From: Octopus bimaculoides
Lineage: Eukaryota
Direction: 5' to 3'
Assembly (NCBI RefSeq): GCF_001194135.2
Contig: NC_069001.1
Location: 20,409,038 to 20,473,037, forward strand
DNA: 64,000 bases
Part shown: piece after piece, positions 13,118-23,487 of the stretch
How the letters are laid out: every line of letters begins with the position of its first letter
Numbering within the stretch: position 1 is the first letter of the stretch
Program-made: the position numbers and the translations under genes
The notes under the pieces: generated by a model
The model's database searches: none
What the model was told of the DNA's origin: nothing
Seen by the model: the letters and a program-made list of their open reading frames with translations, nothing else

Positions 13118-13745
13118 CATGCAGCTGTGGTAGGTTATACAAAGGCGAAACATGTTGTCCCCTCAAAATAAGGGTAGAGGAACATTGCAAACCTGTGACA
13201 CAGGGAGATATTGATAAATCGGGTATAGCTGGTCATGTATGGAAAAATGGAGACCACCTCCCCCTGTGGGATGAAGTTAAAAATAAGAGACAGAGAACAC
13301 CACTGGAAAATATGAGAACTAAAAGAAGCAGCACATATGCTAGGACACAACAACCTCCTAAGCAGACCGAGTGCGGATATGAACAGCATATGGGAACCAG
13401 TATTAAGGAAGGATAGGAAAATATTAGATTTATAAGCTCTAAAATTCACTCCATAATTGCCCACAGGTATATGGCATAGTGGTTAAGAGTGCGGGCTACT
13501 AACCCCAAGATTCCGAGTTTGATTCCAAGCAGTGACCTGAATAATAATAATAATAATAATAATGATAATAATAATAATAATAATAATAACAATAACAACA
13601 ACATCGAAAAATACCTTAGGAATGAGAACCCAGGTTCGAAATTTCCCCAAGACACCTAATGAAGGCTGTAGGGTATATCAGCCGAAACGTGTTAACAACA
13701 AACAAGATGAGGACAAATATCCATCAAATGTAAATACTGTATAAA
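13118..13745 (+). mobile_element. Penelope-like element family 1, 5'-truncated (GIY-YIG C-terminus and 3' region)
   Basis: Reads CSCGRLYKGE..LKIRVEEH..SGIAGHVWKNG and is nearly identical to 31255-31870. Confidence 0.9.
13651..13693 (+). ncRNA. Minimal type-I hammerhead ribozyme-like motif, mutated, in Penelope family 1
   Basis: GACAC CTAATGA A GGCTG-loop-CAGCC GAAA CGT GTT. Stem II is perfect, the core has A in place of G5, and 3 nt are deleted relative to the 31751-31781 copy. Confidence 0.6.
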
Positions 13746-14734
13746 ATTTACTGTTAATTATGTTAACTTACTGTTCCCTCACTGCCCCCTAAAGCCTAAC
13801 ACTCCATTCAACATAACCACTGCCTCCTTGTGGGTGGTTCCTCCCATGCTGTGGGGAAGTTAGTTTATGTGTCATATCTTCCCGTTTGTCTTGGTGTTAA
13901 TTGTTTGTATGCAGAATCAAGTGACTGTGTTTGGTATCAGTAATTAGTGTAGGGTATCTGCAGTTTGTATATCACATTAACTATTTATGTTGCATATCAA
14001 CAGGTTCTGTGTTGTATCAACAGTTTGTGTTGGGTGTCACAAATTTGTTTGTGTAGGAATTGTTTGTTTGCATGGGGTATCAATGTTTTGTGTTGGGTAC
14101 CAAGAGTATGTTTTTTGTGAGATATCTACAGTTTCCTTCTGTGTAATACCAACAGTTACTTTGAGCAGGATATGATAATCTTTGTTTGTGAGGTGCATCA
14201 ACATTCAGAGGAATGTTGATGCACCTCGCAATCATGATTTAGTGTGATAGCACCAGTTTGTCTCTTTGGAGTATCATTAATTTGTGTGAGATATCAACAA
14301 GGTTGTATGGACTATCATCAGTTTGTTTGTATATGATATCAAGAGTGTGTTTGAGATCTCAACTGTTTCTGTAAGGTATGAACAGTTTGTTTGTGCTGGT
14401 TAGCTTTGATGGACCATCAACATTTAGTGTGTGTTTCAACATTTGTATTTGGAATCAATAGCTTGTATGAGGAATCATCAATTGGGGGTTTTTGTTAGGG
14501 TTTCAATAATTTGTCTCTCTATGTTATCAACAGTTTGAATCTGAATGAACTGTCAACAGTATATTTGCATGAGATATCAAGAGTTTCTTTGTGGAGGCAT
14601 CGGTGGTTTGATTATGTGTGGTATCAATATTTTGTATGGTGGAGTGTCAACAGATTCTTTGTTTGAGGTATAAACATTTTCTTTATTTGTAGTATCATTA
14701 ATATGTGCACAGTATTGTTTGTGTTGGAACCAAC

Positions 14735-14905
14735 ACTCTCTCTGAGTGGTTGGCGTTAGGAAGGGCATCCAGCTGTAGAAACTCTGCCAAATTAGATTGG
14801 AGCCTGGTGTAGCCATCCGGTTGCACCAGTCCTCAGTCAAATCGTCCAACCCATGCTAGCATGGAAAGCGGACGTTAAACGATGATGATGATGATGATGA
14901 TGATG
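14735..14905 (+). mobile_element. Short RTE-tail-like repeat or SINE ending in (GAT)n
   Basis: ggcgttaggaagggcatccagc...acccatgctagcatggaaagcggacgttaaac(gat)n. A related copy lies at about 50000-50135. Confidence 0.7.
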
Positions 14906-15214
14906 GTGGTGGGCACCTAGAGTTTGTGTAGGTATTGAATGTTTTATGTCAATATCAACAGTTTGTGTCTGTCAGGCACGATCTGTTTGTGTTGGTTATC
15001 AATAATGTTGTGTCCCCCATTTAACTTACAAAAAATAACAGCAAAATCTCAGTCAAATAACACCTTACCATCTTCAGAAAAATAAGTTTTTGCTCATAAG
15101 TCAACCTGACCAGGGCTTAACAATGACAAAACAGTCAAATATGCCAATAAATGATATATTTTACATTAGGGATTACTATATGTATATATATTTTTTTCTT
15201 TTGCTTTTCCACAG

Positions 15215-15305
15215 GTTTATGATGGTTTTAATCTGCCTTATATTCAGTGTCTTATCTACCATTGACCAATATACAGAATTTGCAAATGGAACATTGTTCT
15301 GGATG
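15215..15305 (+). CDS. KCNQ1: KCNQ1-type K+ channel, exon equivalent to human exon 2 (S1 to start of S2)
   Basis: Polypyrimidine tract plus CAG acceptor, GTAAGG donor, 91 nt. Reads [30 protein letters not shown], versus human [30 protein letters not shown]. Confidence 0.96.
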
Positions 15306-16189
15306 GTAAGGAATTTTTGCTCTTTATAAATTCATTGAAGGTTTGGTTCAGAATGTTGCTACTGGCAATATCATATATATTTTGCTACAAAGAAAACTGA
15401 AACCTTATTTAATTCATAAAGCTTAATCCAAGTAGAATTCTGGAGGTGTCAAATGTGAACAAATTGTAGAAGGGTATCCACAAGCACATTTCTATCTTTT
15501 TTCAGAAAGTCTTAGCTTTTAAAGATTAAGTATTATTGTTTGAATTAACACAATAACTAAAGCAAGATATAATTTAAAAAAGAAACATGAAGAATACACA
15601 GAATAAACCATCCGCACTTCGGTTAAACCCCTATCAGCTTGGTCATGCTAGAGTGTCCATGACTCACCTATCACTGTTGACTGAAACTGAGCACACTCAA
15701 AAACATCCATATGTCTTCTATGTGTTTTACATCCCTTTTGTCATTGTATATCAACCCTTTAATCTTTTTGTTGCATCCTCATTTCTAACTCCTGCAACAA
15801 TCAGCAGTTGTTCTCTGGCCTCCATCTACTTCCCATACTTGCAAGTGGATGGAGTGGTACTACAGAGGTGGGCTAGGATCCAGGACTTCAAAAGATAGTG
15901 TTATTGTAACAGCAACTTGTCATTATTGGTTATACTGTTGTTCTGGACTCTCTTTCTCTATATATCTAGTTTCTCAGGGCAAAGCCCTTAAGTGACTCAT
16001 TTCCACAAAGATTACAGCTGAGTTTTCTCATTGTTTTTGTTTCTGATATCTGCACAGGAGTATAGTTTCAGAATGCCTGTAGTATGCAGTGGAATACACC
16101 AAACAAAACGTGTTTTATGTTGATTTCACAATAGAAAATGATATAAAAGATTCAGTGGGCATAGGTAAGATGTTAGGCTCAATAACAAC

Positions 16190-16672
16190 ATTTTTAACAC
16201 AACTTGCTGAACATTTTACATCAAACAGCTGTAAATTTGAAGAACACCTGAAAGTACACATTCTCAGAAAATATACAGACTCCTCCACTCTTTCAGTCCT
16301 CAAAACGCATGAGGATAATAAATATATTTGTGAATTACTAACGTCACACCCTGGTGGGATGAACAAAATGACAGGAGAATTTCATCACATTTACACAAAG
16401 CTTTTCAACCAAATGTTCTCTTAGTCCTGGTTTCTTTTTTTTTTTTGTTACCTATTGTGAAAAAGTAGAAATTAATGACATCATTCCATCTAAAAATAAA
16501 TACAGGACATTCCAGGTCCAATTCTGAATTTCTAGATGTCTGTATTTTTTTTACATTTTGAACTTGAAGAAGAAAGACATGTTGTCGAAATATTGTTCAA
16601 TTCAATAAACAGAGTCAATCCTTGTCTACTACAAACATACGGCATGCTTATTGTATAATGATAATAATTATA

Positions 16673-16754
<82 letters not shown>

Positions 16755-16780
16755 TAATAATAATGATGATAATAACAATA
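16190..16780 (+). mobile_element. Neptune-like Penelope element (family 2), 3' fragment ending in (ATA)n
   Basis: LAEHF..LKVHILRKY..GGMNKMTGEFHHIYTKLF matches the C-terminus of ORF 23779-24447, and the 3' region is shared. Confidence 0.8.
16559..16599 (+). ncRNA. Minimal hammerhead ribozyme-like motif (UUGAAGA core variant), family 2
   Basis: TGAAC TTGAAGA A GAAAG-ACATG-TTGTC GAAA TATT GTTCA. Stem I TGAAC/GTTCA is perfect. Confidence 0.6.
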
Positions 16781-19251
16781 AAAGAAAAGAAGAATCCAGG
16801 CAGGGTTAGACATGCTCTCAAAGGAAATCTCTATGTTAAACCGAAAAGAGAAAGGGGAGCTTAAAAGCGAACAAAAATACAGGGTGCTGAAAAAGAAGTA
16901 TAATATTGAAAGAAAGGGCCTGAAAATAGTAGTGGAGGTATTGAAACAACGCCTCATTGCAAAGGAAGCAAAGATGGTAAGATACAACCAAAAAATGAAG
17001 GGTTACCACTAGAATAAGTTATCCAGGGTAGATTAGAAGAGATTCTATAAATAAATAAATGGAGAGTGTACAGACGAAAAGTTGATACCTGATAACATTG
17101 AAAGTCAAAGGATTTGGAGTTACATTTGGAGCAAAGACAAGGAAGCACAAGAAGGATGCTGAATGGTTGCAAGAACTGAAACAAACAGTCAAACAGTAGT
17201 CTGTTGAAAACAGGCGGAATTAGTCATTTCAGTCAGGGAAGTGAAGGAAATCAGCAAAAAAAATGAGCAATTGGAAGGCCCCCCAGGATCAGATGGAGTT
17301 CAAGGCTACTGGATCAAAAGATTTGGTGAATGTCATGCGTGAATAGCTGCGCAACTCAACTTAAATGCTGACCAAGTAACACCAGAGTGGTTGACATTGG
17401 ATAGGACATTGCTGTGCCTGAAAAACATCAAAAAGGCAATACAGTAGACAATTACAGGCCGATATCCTGTCTGTCACTTATGTGGAAGTTATTGACTGTA
17501 ATACTTGCAGAGTCAATGTACAAATATCTAGAAAAAAATGGAGTCCTGCCACATGAGCAGAAGGGTTGCAAGCGTAAGTGCAGAGGTACCAAGGATCAAC
17601 TCCTGATAGACAGAACTGTACTTAGAGACTGCAAGAGGAGGAAAAGTAACTTAGCCATGTCATGGATCAACTAACGTATGGCATACGATATGATCCCACA
17701 TTCTTGGATTATGGAGTGTATGAATCTATTTGGTATTGCATCGAATGTTGAGTGATTGCTTGGAAAAAGTATGGCGAATTGGAGGACAGACCTGACAGCA
17801 TATGGAAGAAGTTTAGGGACAGTAGAAATTAGGAGGGACATCTTCCAAGGGGACTGCCTTTCCCCACTGATCTTTGTACTGTGCTTGATACCGCTAACAC
17901 TAATTCTGAGGAAAGCAAAAGCTGGGTGTGTATTCAAAAGCTACCAACAAAAAGTCAACCATTTGTTATTCATGGATGACCTCAAACTTTATGGTAAAGA
18001 TGAATCCCAAGTCAGTTCCCTCATTGATACGGTGTATACCTTCAGTGCTGATATCAGAACGGAGTTCCGACTGAGAAAGTGCGGTGTGTTAGTCTTGAAG
18101 AGAGGCAAAATCAAAAGTATGTACGGGCTAACGATACTGTCAGGGGAGGTTATGAAGTAGATAGAAGAGATGGGCTATAAGCACTTGGTGATTTTGGAAA
18201 TGGATAAATTGATGGAGATAGAAATGACAGAAAAATTTAAGGTGGAGTACTTGCACAGAGTGAGACTGATCCTTAAGTCAAAATTAAATGGATGGAATAA
18301 GATCGACGCTATCAACATCTGGACGGTTTCACACCTTAGATATGGAGTAGGGGTAATCGCATGGACAGTAGACGAACTAAACGGATCAGACAGAAAGACA
18401 AGGAAGTTGCTAAATATGGGTTACTCCACCCCAAAAGTAACACAGATAGACTGTATGTATTAAGAAAAAGAGGGAAAAGAGGACTTATTGGATGCAAACA
18501 CAGCATTAGAGCAGAAGAAAACAACATAGCATGGTATGTAAAAAATGCCACAGAACCGCTGTTATTAGAAGTAAGAAGGTCAGGCTCATGCAGGATGAAA
18601 GATTGCAAAGATAAAGCACTATACAAGAAATTGAAAACGAATGAAACTGAAAATAGGTGGGTAAAGAGAATAATGCATGGTCAATTTCATAGGGATGCTG
18701 AAGATAAGACAGACAGAGAAAACAGATGGCTGTGGATGACTAAAAATGATTTAAAACCAGAAACGGAGGCCCTAATCGGTGCTGCTCAAGAGCAGGCACT
18801 AAGAACAAACTACATAAAATACAAAACAGACAACACATCAGGAAGTGATAAGTGCAGAATCTGTGGACAAAATGGTGAAACCGCATGGTATATTACCAGC
18901 CAATGTACACCACTAGCCCAGAAGAAATATAAGAGATGTCATGACAATATAGCCAGGCATATCCACTGGACACTTTGCAACAAGTATGGACTTGACAGAG
19001 CAAAAAATTGGTATGACCACAAACTTGAAGGCTTCATCGAAAATAGAAATACAAAGATTCTATGGGATTTCATGATTCAGTGCGACCATGAGATAGAGAA
19101 TAGGAAGCCAGACATAGTCTTAATTGAGGAAGAAACTAAACTATACTGGCTCATAGATATAGCATGCCCAGCTGACAACAAGGTATGCAATAAGGAAGAA
19201 AGAAAAGTTGAGAGATATGACAGGTTAGGTTGGGAAGTTAAGCAGTTGTGG
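16781..19251 (+). mobile_element. R4/Dong-type non-LTR retrotransposon (RT plus restriction-like endonuclease), copy 1, truncated and frameshifted
   Basis: RT motifs FQGDCLSPL and HLLFMDDLKLY, CCHC-type knuckle CRIC..C..H, and RLE motif KPDIVL..IDIACP..KEERKVERY. Confidence 0.92.
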
Positions 19252-19660
19252 AAAGAAATATGGTCGGCAAAGGAGCAACCTCAGAAAAGGTCTATCAAAA
19301 CAACGAACTTAGCACCTGAATAACTCTGGACCTCTATAACAACTGAAGAGGTCACCCAGGCACTGCAAAAACTAAGCAACTGGAAGGCACCCGGGCACGA
19401 CAAGATCCCCAACTTCTGGTTAAATTATCAGACAAGAACACATAAAAAGCTGGCTGAGAAATTTAATGGCATACTAGCAGAGCCAGAGACAATGCCTGAA
19501 TGGCTCATGGAAGGGAAAACTATCCTAATTCCTAAATCCACTGAAACAGCAAACCCACAAAATTACAGACCAATAATTTGTTTCCCTACAATTTACGAAG
19601 CCTTTACTGCAATAATATCATAGAGAATGAGCAAGCATCTGGAAGAAAACAAACTCTGCA
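19249..19660 (+). mobile_element. Fragment of a second R4-clade family (RT N-terminal region)
   Basis: Reads WKEIWS..EVTQALQKLSNWKAPGHDKIPNFWL..EWLMEGKTILIPK..NYRPIICFPTIY. Clearly divergent in DNA from copy 1 at the equivalent region. Confidence 0.8.
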
Positions 19661-20716
19661 TTGCTCCTGTTGCTGTCAAACGTTTTTAGGGTTAAAGGTA
19701 AATAAAAAAAAGGGGTGTTTAGGGCATATAAAATTTAGAGGTTTGAATTTAAATTATACTAAAGCAAGATGTTTGTATCATAGATTCTCAGGGTTGGTTT
19801 TAAAGGGTTAATGTAACCCTCATATAAAATCAGCAGACATACTGCTAGAATTCATCTGATAGGCTCCCTCAGTTTTCATCTACCTAATTTCACTTGGAGG
19901 GCTTCAGTTGATTCAAGGTTATAGTATCAGATATATGTTCAAGGCTTCACGTAGTTCAAAGCCAAAGTGTCATCATTGTGAAGCAATCTTTTTAACCATT
20001 TGGTTATGACAGACACATTCACATGCATACAAATACACAAACACATCCATACAGAGGTATTCACACATGCATACATTTATTTGCAAATAATGTATTTCAA
20101 GTAGCTGTAAATTTGTATCATGGACCTGAAATACATTCAACAAAAATGCCAATTCAAGAGTGGTCCCTTGATATACTAGAAATAGCAGTCAAATCCCTCT
20201 CAACCATCTTAAAGAAACAACACAATGAATAATGCACTTTGTCTGAAAATAAGATAGAATGATCATAGAATAGAATGCTATTAATTGTAGGTTTGCCTAA
20301 TGAAAACAATCACAACAGCAACACTGGGAGAAGTAGAAGCACTACTTTAAAGATGATTGTTTTATATCACAATAGCTGAATAATGGTGTGTAACTGTTAA
20401 AATAGCATTAAATGCTTCCAATGGACCAGTCACAGTTTTCCTGCATCTCCAATGACAAAAGTAGCAAGGGAGTTTTCTGTAACTCAGTGCAGAACAACTA
20501 GCATAAAGATTAGATGGATGCTGTATTTGCATCCTTCATTGATATACATTGCTAAAAGATATACACTTGCATAAATTTCAGTCAAATTCCATCCCAAACT
20601 TTTGATTAACCCTTAAGTTCTAATTTCATGTATACACAACTGAGAGATGTATTTTTTGTAACAGAATTTGAATTATTTCTAATACAGTGTCTGTCTCAAT
20701 TTCCTTTTCTTTTCAG

Positions 20717-20843
20717 GAAGTTGTGCTAGTATTTTTTTTCGGTTTTGAATATATCATACGTCTCTGGTCAGCCGGTTGTCGAAGTAAATACATGGGTGTT
20801 TCTGGAAGACTACGGTTTGCTAGAAAACCAATATCTGTTATCG
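20717..20843 (+). CDS. KCNQ1: KCNQ1 exon equivalent to human exon 3 (S2 and S2-S3 linker)
   Basis: ttttcttttcag acceptor, GTAAGT donor, 127 nt. Reads [42 protein letters not shown], containing the KCNQ hallmark RLWSAGC...RLRFARKP. Confidence 0.98.
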
Positions 20844-21099
20844 GTAAGTTTCCTTACAATTTTGCTGGTCAGTTGAGCAACATTTAACTTTGATTGATAT
20901 TTGATGTCAACCAGGTAATATCTTATAGAAACCAATGAACACATCATGCCAATGTCAATTATTCATTTATCTGACTGAAGAATAAAATAATTTAAAAAAT
21001 CACTCTTTATCATTTGGATAGCATAGTTTATATAGTGGAAGTAGAGAGTAAGTTTTATTCCACTCCTGTATCATATACAGAGTGTACTGCTTGTATTTT

Positions 21100-21275
21100 A
21101 TCTTGGCATCACCACCGCTGTCTGTCTTTACATTCTGAATTCAAATTCTGCCAAGGTCGATTTTGCCTTTCATCCATCCGGGGGTCGACAAATTAAGTAC
21201 CAGTTGTTTACTGAGGTCAATCCAATCTGGCCCCTTCCACAAAAATTTCCAGACTTGTGCCTTGAGTGGAAAATA
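21100..21275 (+). mobile_element. SINE family B, partial
   Basis: tgcctttcatccatccggggtcgacaaattaagtaccagttg core. Confidence 0.7.
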
Positions 21276-21372
21276 ATATTTTGAAATAGACTTACTTTTC
21301 TGTTCTTACTTTATCTTGTATTTTTGAAGTAACACAGATGGCATTTTCTTTCTGAAGTAACAATGAATATAT

Positions 21373-21788
21373 ACTCTTTACTCTTTTACTCTTTTACTTG
21401 TTTCAGTCATTTGACTGTGGCCATGCTGGAGCACCACCTTTAGTCGAGCAAATCGACCCCGGGACTTATTCTTTGTAAGCCTAGTACTTATTCTATCCGT
21501 CTCTTTTTGCCAAACCGCTAAGTGACGGGGACATAAACACACCAGCATCGGTTGTCAAGCAATGCTAGGAGGACAAACATAGACACACAAACACACACAC
21601 ACACATATATATATACATATATACGACGGGCTTCTTTCAGTTTCCATCTATCAAATCCACTCACAAGGCTTTGGTCGGCCCGAGGCTATAGTAGAAGATA
21701 CTTGCCCAAGGTGCCACGCAGTGGGACTGAACCCAGAACCATGTGGTTGGTAAGCAAGCTACTTACCACACAGCCACTCCTGCGCCTA
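21373..21788 (-). mobile_element. SINE family A, full length
   Basis: Minus strand starts ggcgcaggagtggctgtgtggtaag (A box) ... ggttcagtcc (B box-like), has an internal (TG/TA)n, and ends in a (GAGTAAAA)n tail. Confidence 0.9.
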
Positions 21789-21987
21789 TATGATGATTAA
21801 TAATTTTGATTCATATTACTTTGTCAACTTTGGCTCATCATTATATCGTCACAGGTAGTTTATGTCAGCATGAATCAGATTAAAAGGGAAAATAGAAATA
21901 TATTAGTTGAAATAGAATCTAGTGTTTTGGGCAAGGGTCTTTTCTCACACAAGAACTGAAAGAAAGGAAATACTAATCACTGTAAAG

Positions 21988-22224
21988 TAGTGGTTCTTAT
22001 CCACAGTCCGTATAACCCTTGGGGCTCTATATAAGATTTTGTAGTTAAAGTTAAAGAGTAATAAACTGGTCATACATTTACAATAAACCAAATATCTTAA
22101 TTTTTTCATAATATTCTTAATATCTAATTATGAAAATATAATAGCATTTTTTTAACACTGGGGTCCAACAGAGTAAAATAGGAATCAAAGGGGTCTTTAG
22201 GCAAAAGATGGTTGAGGACCACTG
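21988..22224. mobile_element. hAT (Charlie-like) MITE
   Basis: Imperfect TIRs tagtggttcttatcca and tggttgaggaccactg. The 8-bp TSD is not conserved. Confidence 0.6.
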
Positions 22225-22699
22225 GTCTTGAAGTATAAGCATTTCTGTTATCTTACTCTTTCACTTGACACAAAATAGGGCATGAGAAGAACAAATTTTT
22301 ACCATAATAAAACTTTTTTAGATTTGCAGCAAAGCTAAATATTTTTTGGGTAGCATAGTTAATTCAGTTGGTCCTAGGGTATAACTGTTACTAATTTTAT
22401 AAAATTTCAGCAAAGGAATAGAATTCACAGCATAGATGAAAGGATACTCTAAGATATCTATTCTACTGGCAATTTTTTTTTTACGACGACCATTCATATT
22501 TAAGTATTTTAGCTACTGTCACAACAGTGTGGTAGTCACAACATACAAGCATCTGACCTCTTGATATTTTGTTCAGTGTCCTATTGATTAAACTTTCAAC
22601 ACACTTTTATAAGCTAACATAATGCATAAAAATTCTTTTTATATTTAACAAATTCCTGAATTAGTTGATACTGATTCTTATTTTATTTTTGTTTTGCAG

Positions 22700-22778
22700 A
22701 TTTTATTGTTGTTGTTGCATCGATTGTCGTCTTTCTTATAGGCTCCGAAGGACAAGTATTTGCCACTTCTGCCATCCG
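22700..22778 (+). CDS. KCNQ1: KCNQ1 exon equivalent to human exon 4 (S3 to start of S4)
   Basis: gttttgcag acceptor, GTAATT donor, 79 nt, phases 1 and 2 join the neighbouring exons in frame. Reads (D)FIVVVASIVVFLIGSEGQVFATSAI(R). Confidence 0.97.
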
Positions 22779-22781
22779 GTA

Positions 22782-22838
<57 letters not shown>
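22782..22838. repeat. (ATT)n microsatellite beginning inside the splice donor of the exon-4 equivalent
   Basis: GTA is followed directly by about 19 ATT units. Confidence 0.95.
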
Positions 22839-22839
<1 letters not shown>

Positions 22840-23206
22840 TTACCTTCACCTTCACTAAGGTGGAGGTATTGTTTTCAGTTGTGTTTGGTTGTTTGTTTGT
22901 CCATGGACATGATATCTAAAAAAACCACTAGATAGATTTGGATGAAATTTTTAGGGATGTTTGGCCTTGAGACTAGCACAAACTGATTAGATTTTGGGAT
23001 CAATCCAGCACCAGACAAGGATTCTGGATTATTTTTCCTGTTTTTTCCTTAATTTTTGAGAGCGGTCAGGTTCATTTTTAGTATTCTTGTTTGTGAGAGT
23101 AGTCGAGTTTATTTCAGATATTCTCATTTTAAAAATCATCTCCGGTTAATCGTTGAGAGGACATTGGTGTTTCCTTGGTGGAGGTTTGCACTCTCTGAGT
23201 GCTCTT
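22840..23206 (+). mobile_element. Helentron-type non-autonomous element (HINE/DINE-1-like)
   Basis: Subterminal inverted repeats accttcactaagg (22848-22860) and ccttggtggaggt (23173-23185), a gtttgtttgt tract, a 3' hairpin gcactc-tct-gagtgc (23188-23202), and a T-rich insertion site. Confidence 0.7.
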
Positions 23207-23220
23207 ATTATTATTAAAAA

Positions 23221-23429
23221 GGCGGCAAGCTGACAGAATCATTAGCATGCCGGGCAAAATGCTCAGCGGCATTTTGTCCATCTTCACTTTTTGAGTTCAA
23301 ATTCTGCCATAGCCAACTTTGCCTTGCATCCTTTTGGGGTCAATAAAATAAGTACCTGTTGAGCACTGGGGTTGATACAATTGACTTATCCCATCCATCG
23401 AAATTGCTGAACTTGTGCCATAATTTGAA

Positions 23430-23487
<58 letters not shown>
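23221..23487 (+). mobile_element. SINE family B with (ATT)n tail
   Basis: ggcggcaagctgacagaatcattagc head, ggggtcaataaaataagtacc core, and an (ATT)n tail at about 23430-23487. Confidence 0.85.

Larger units (their letters stand above)
11310..15010. repeat. Degenerate ATCAACAGTTT satellite, third region, interrupted by SINE, MITE and Penelope insertions
   Basis: Motif recurs near 11392, 11436, 11583, 12119, 12431, 14015, 14524 and 14954. Includes a 100-N gap flanked by near-identical units. Confidence 0.7.

Noticed and set aside
2330-15010. CRISPR-like array suggested by the recurring ATCAACAGTTT motif
   Set aside because: Eukaryotic intron, highly degenerate units, no constant repeat with unique spacers, and no cas genes.
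20687-20887. Stand-alone small genes from ORF-track entries 15090-15329, 20687-20887 and 32282-32464
   Set aside because: Each is a KCNQ1 exon read through into flanking intron, and the listed starts are not real initiation sites.
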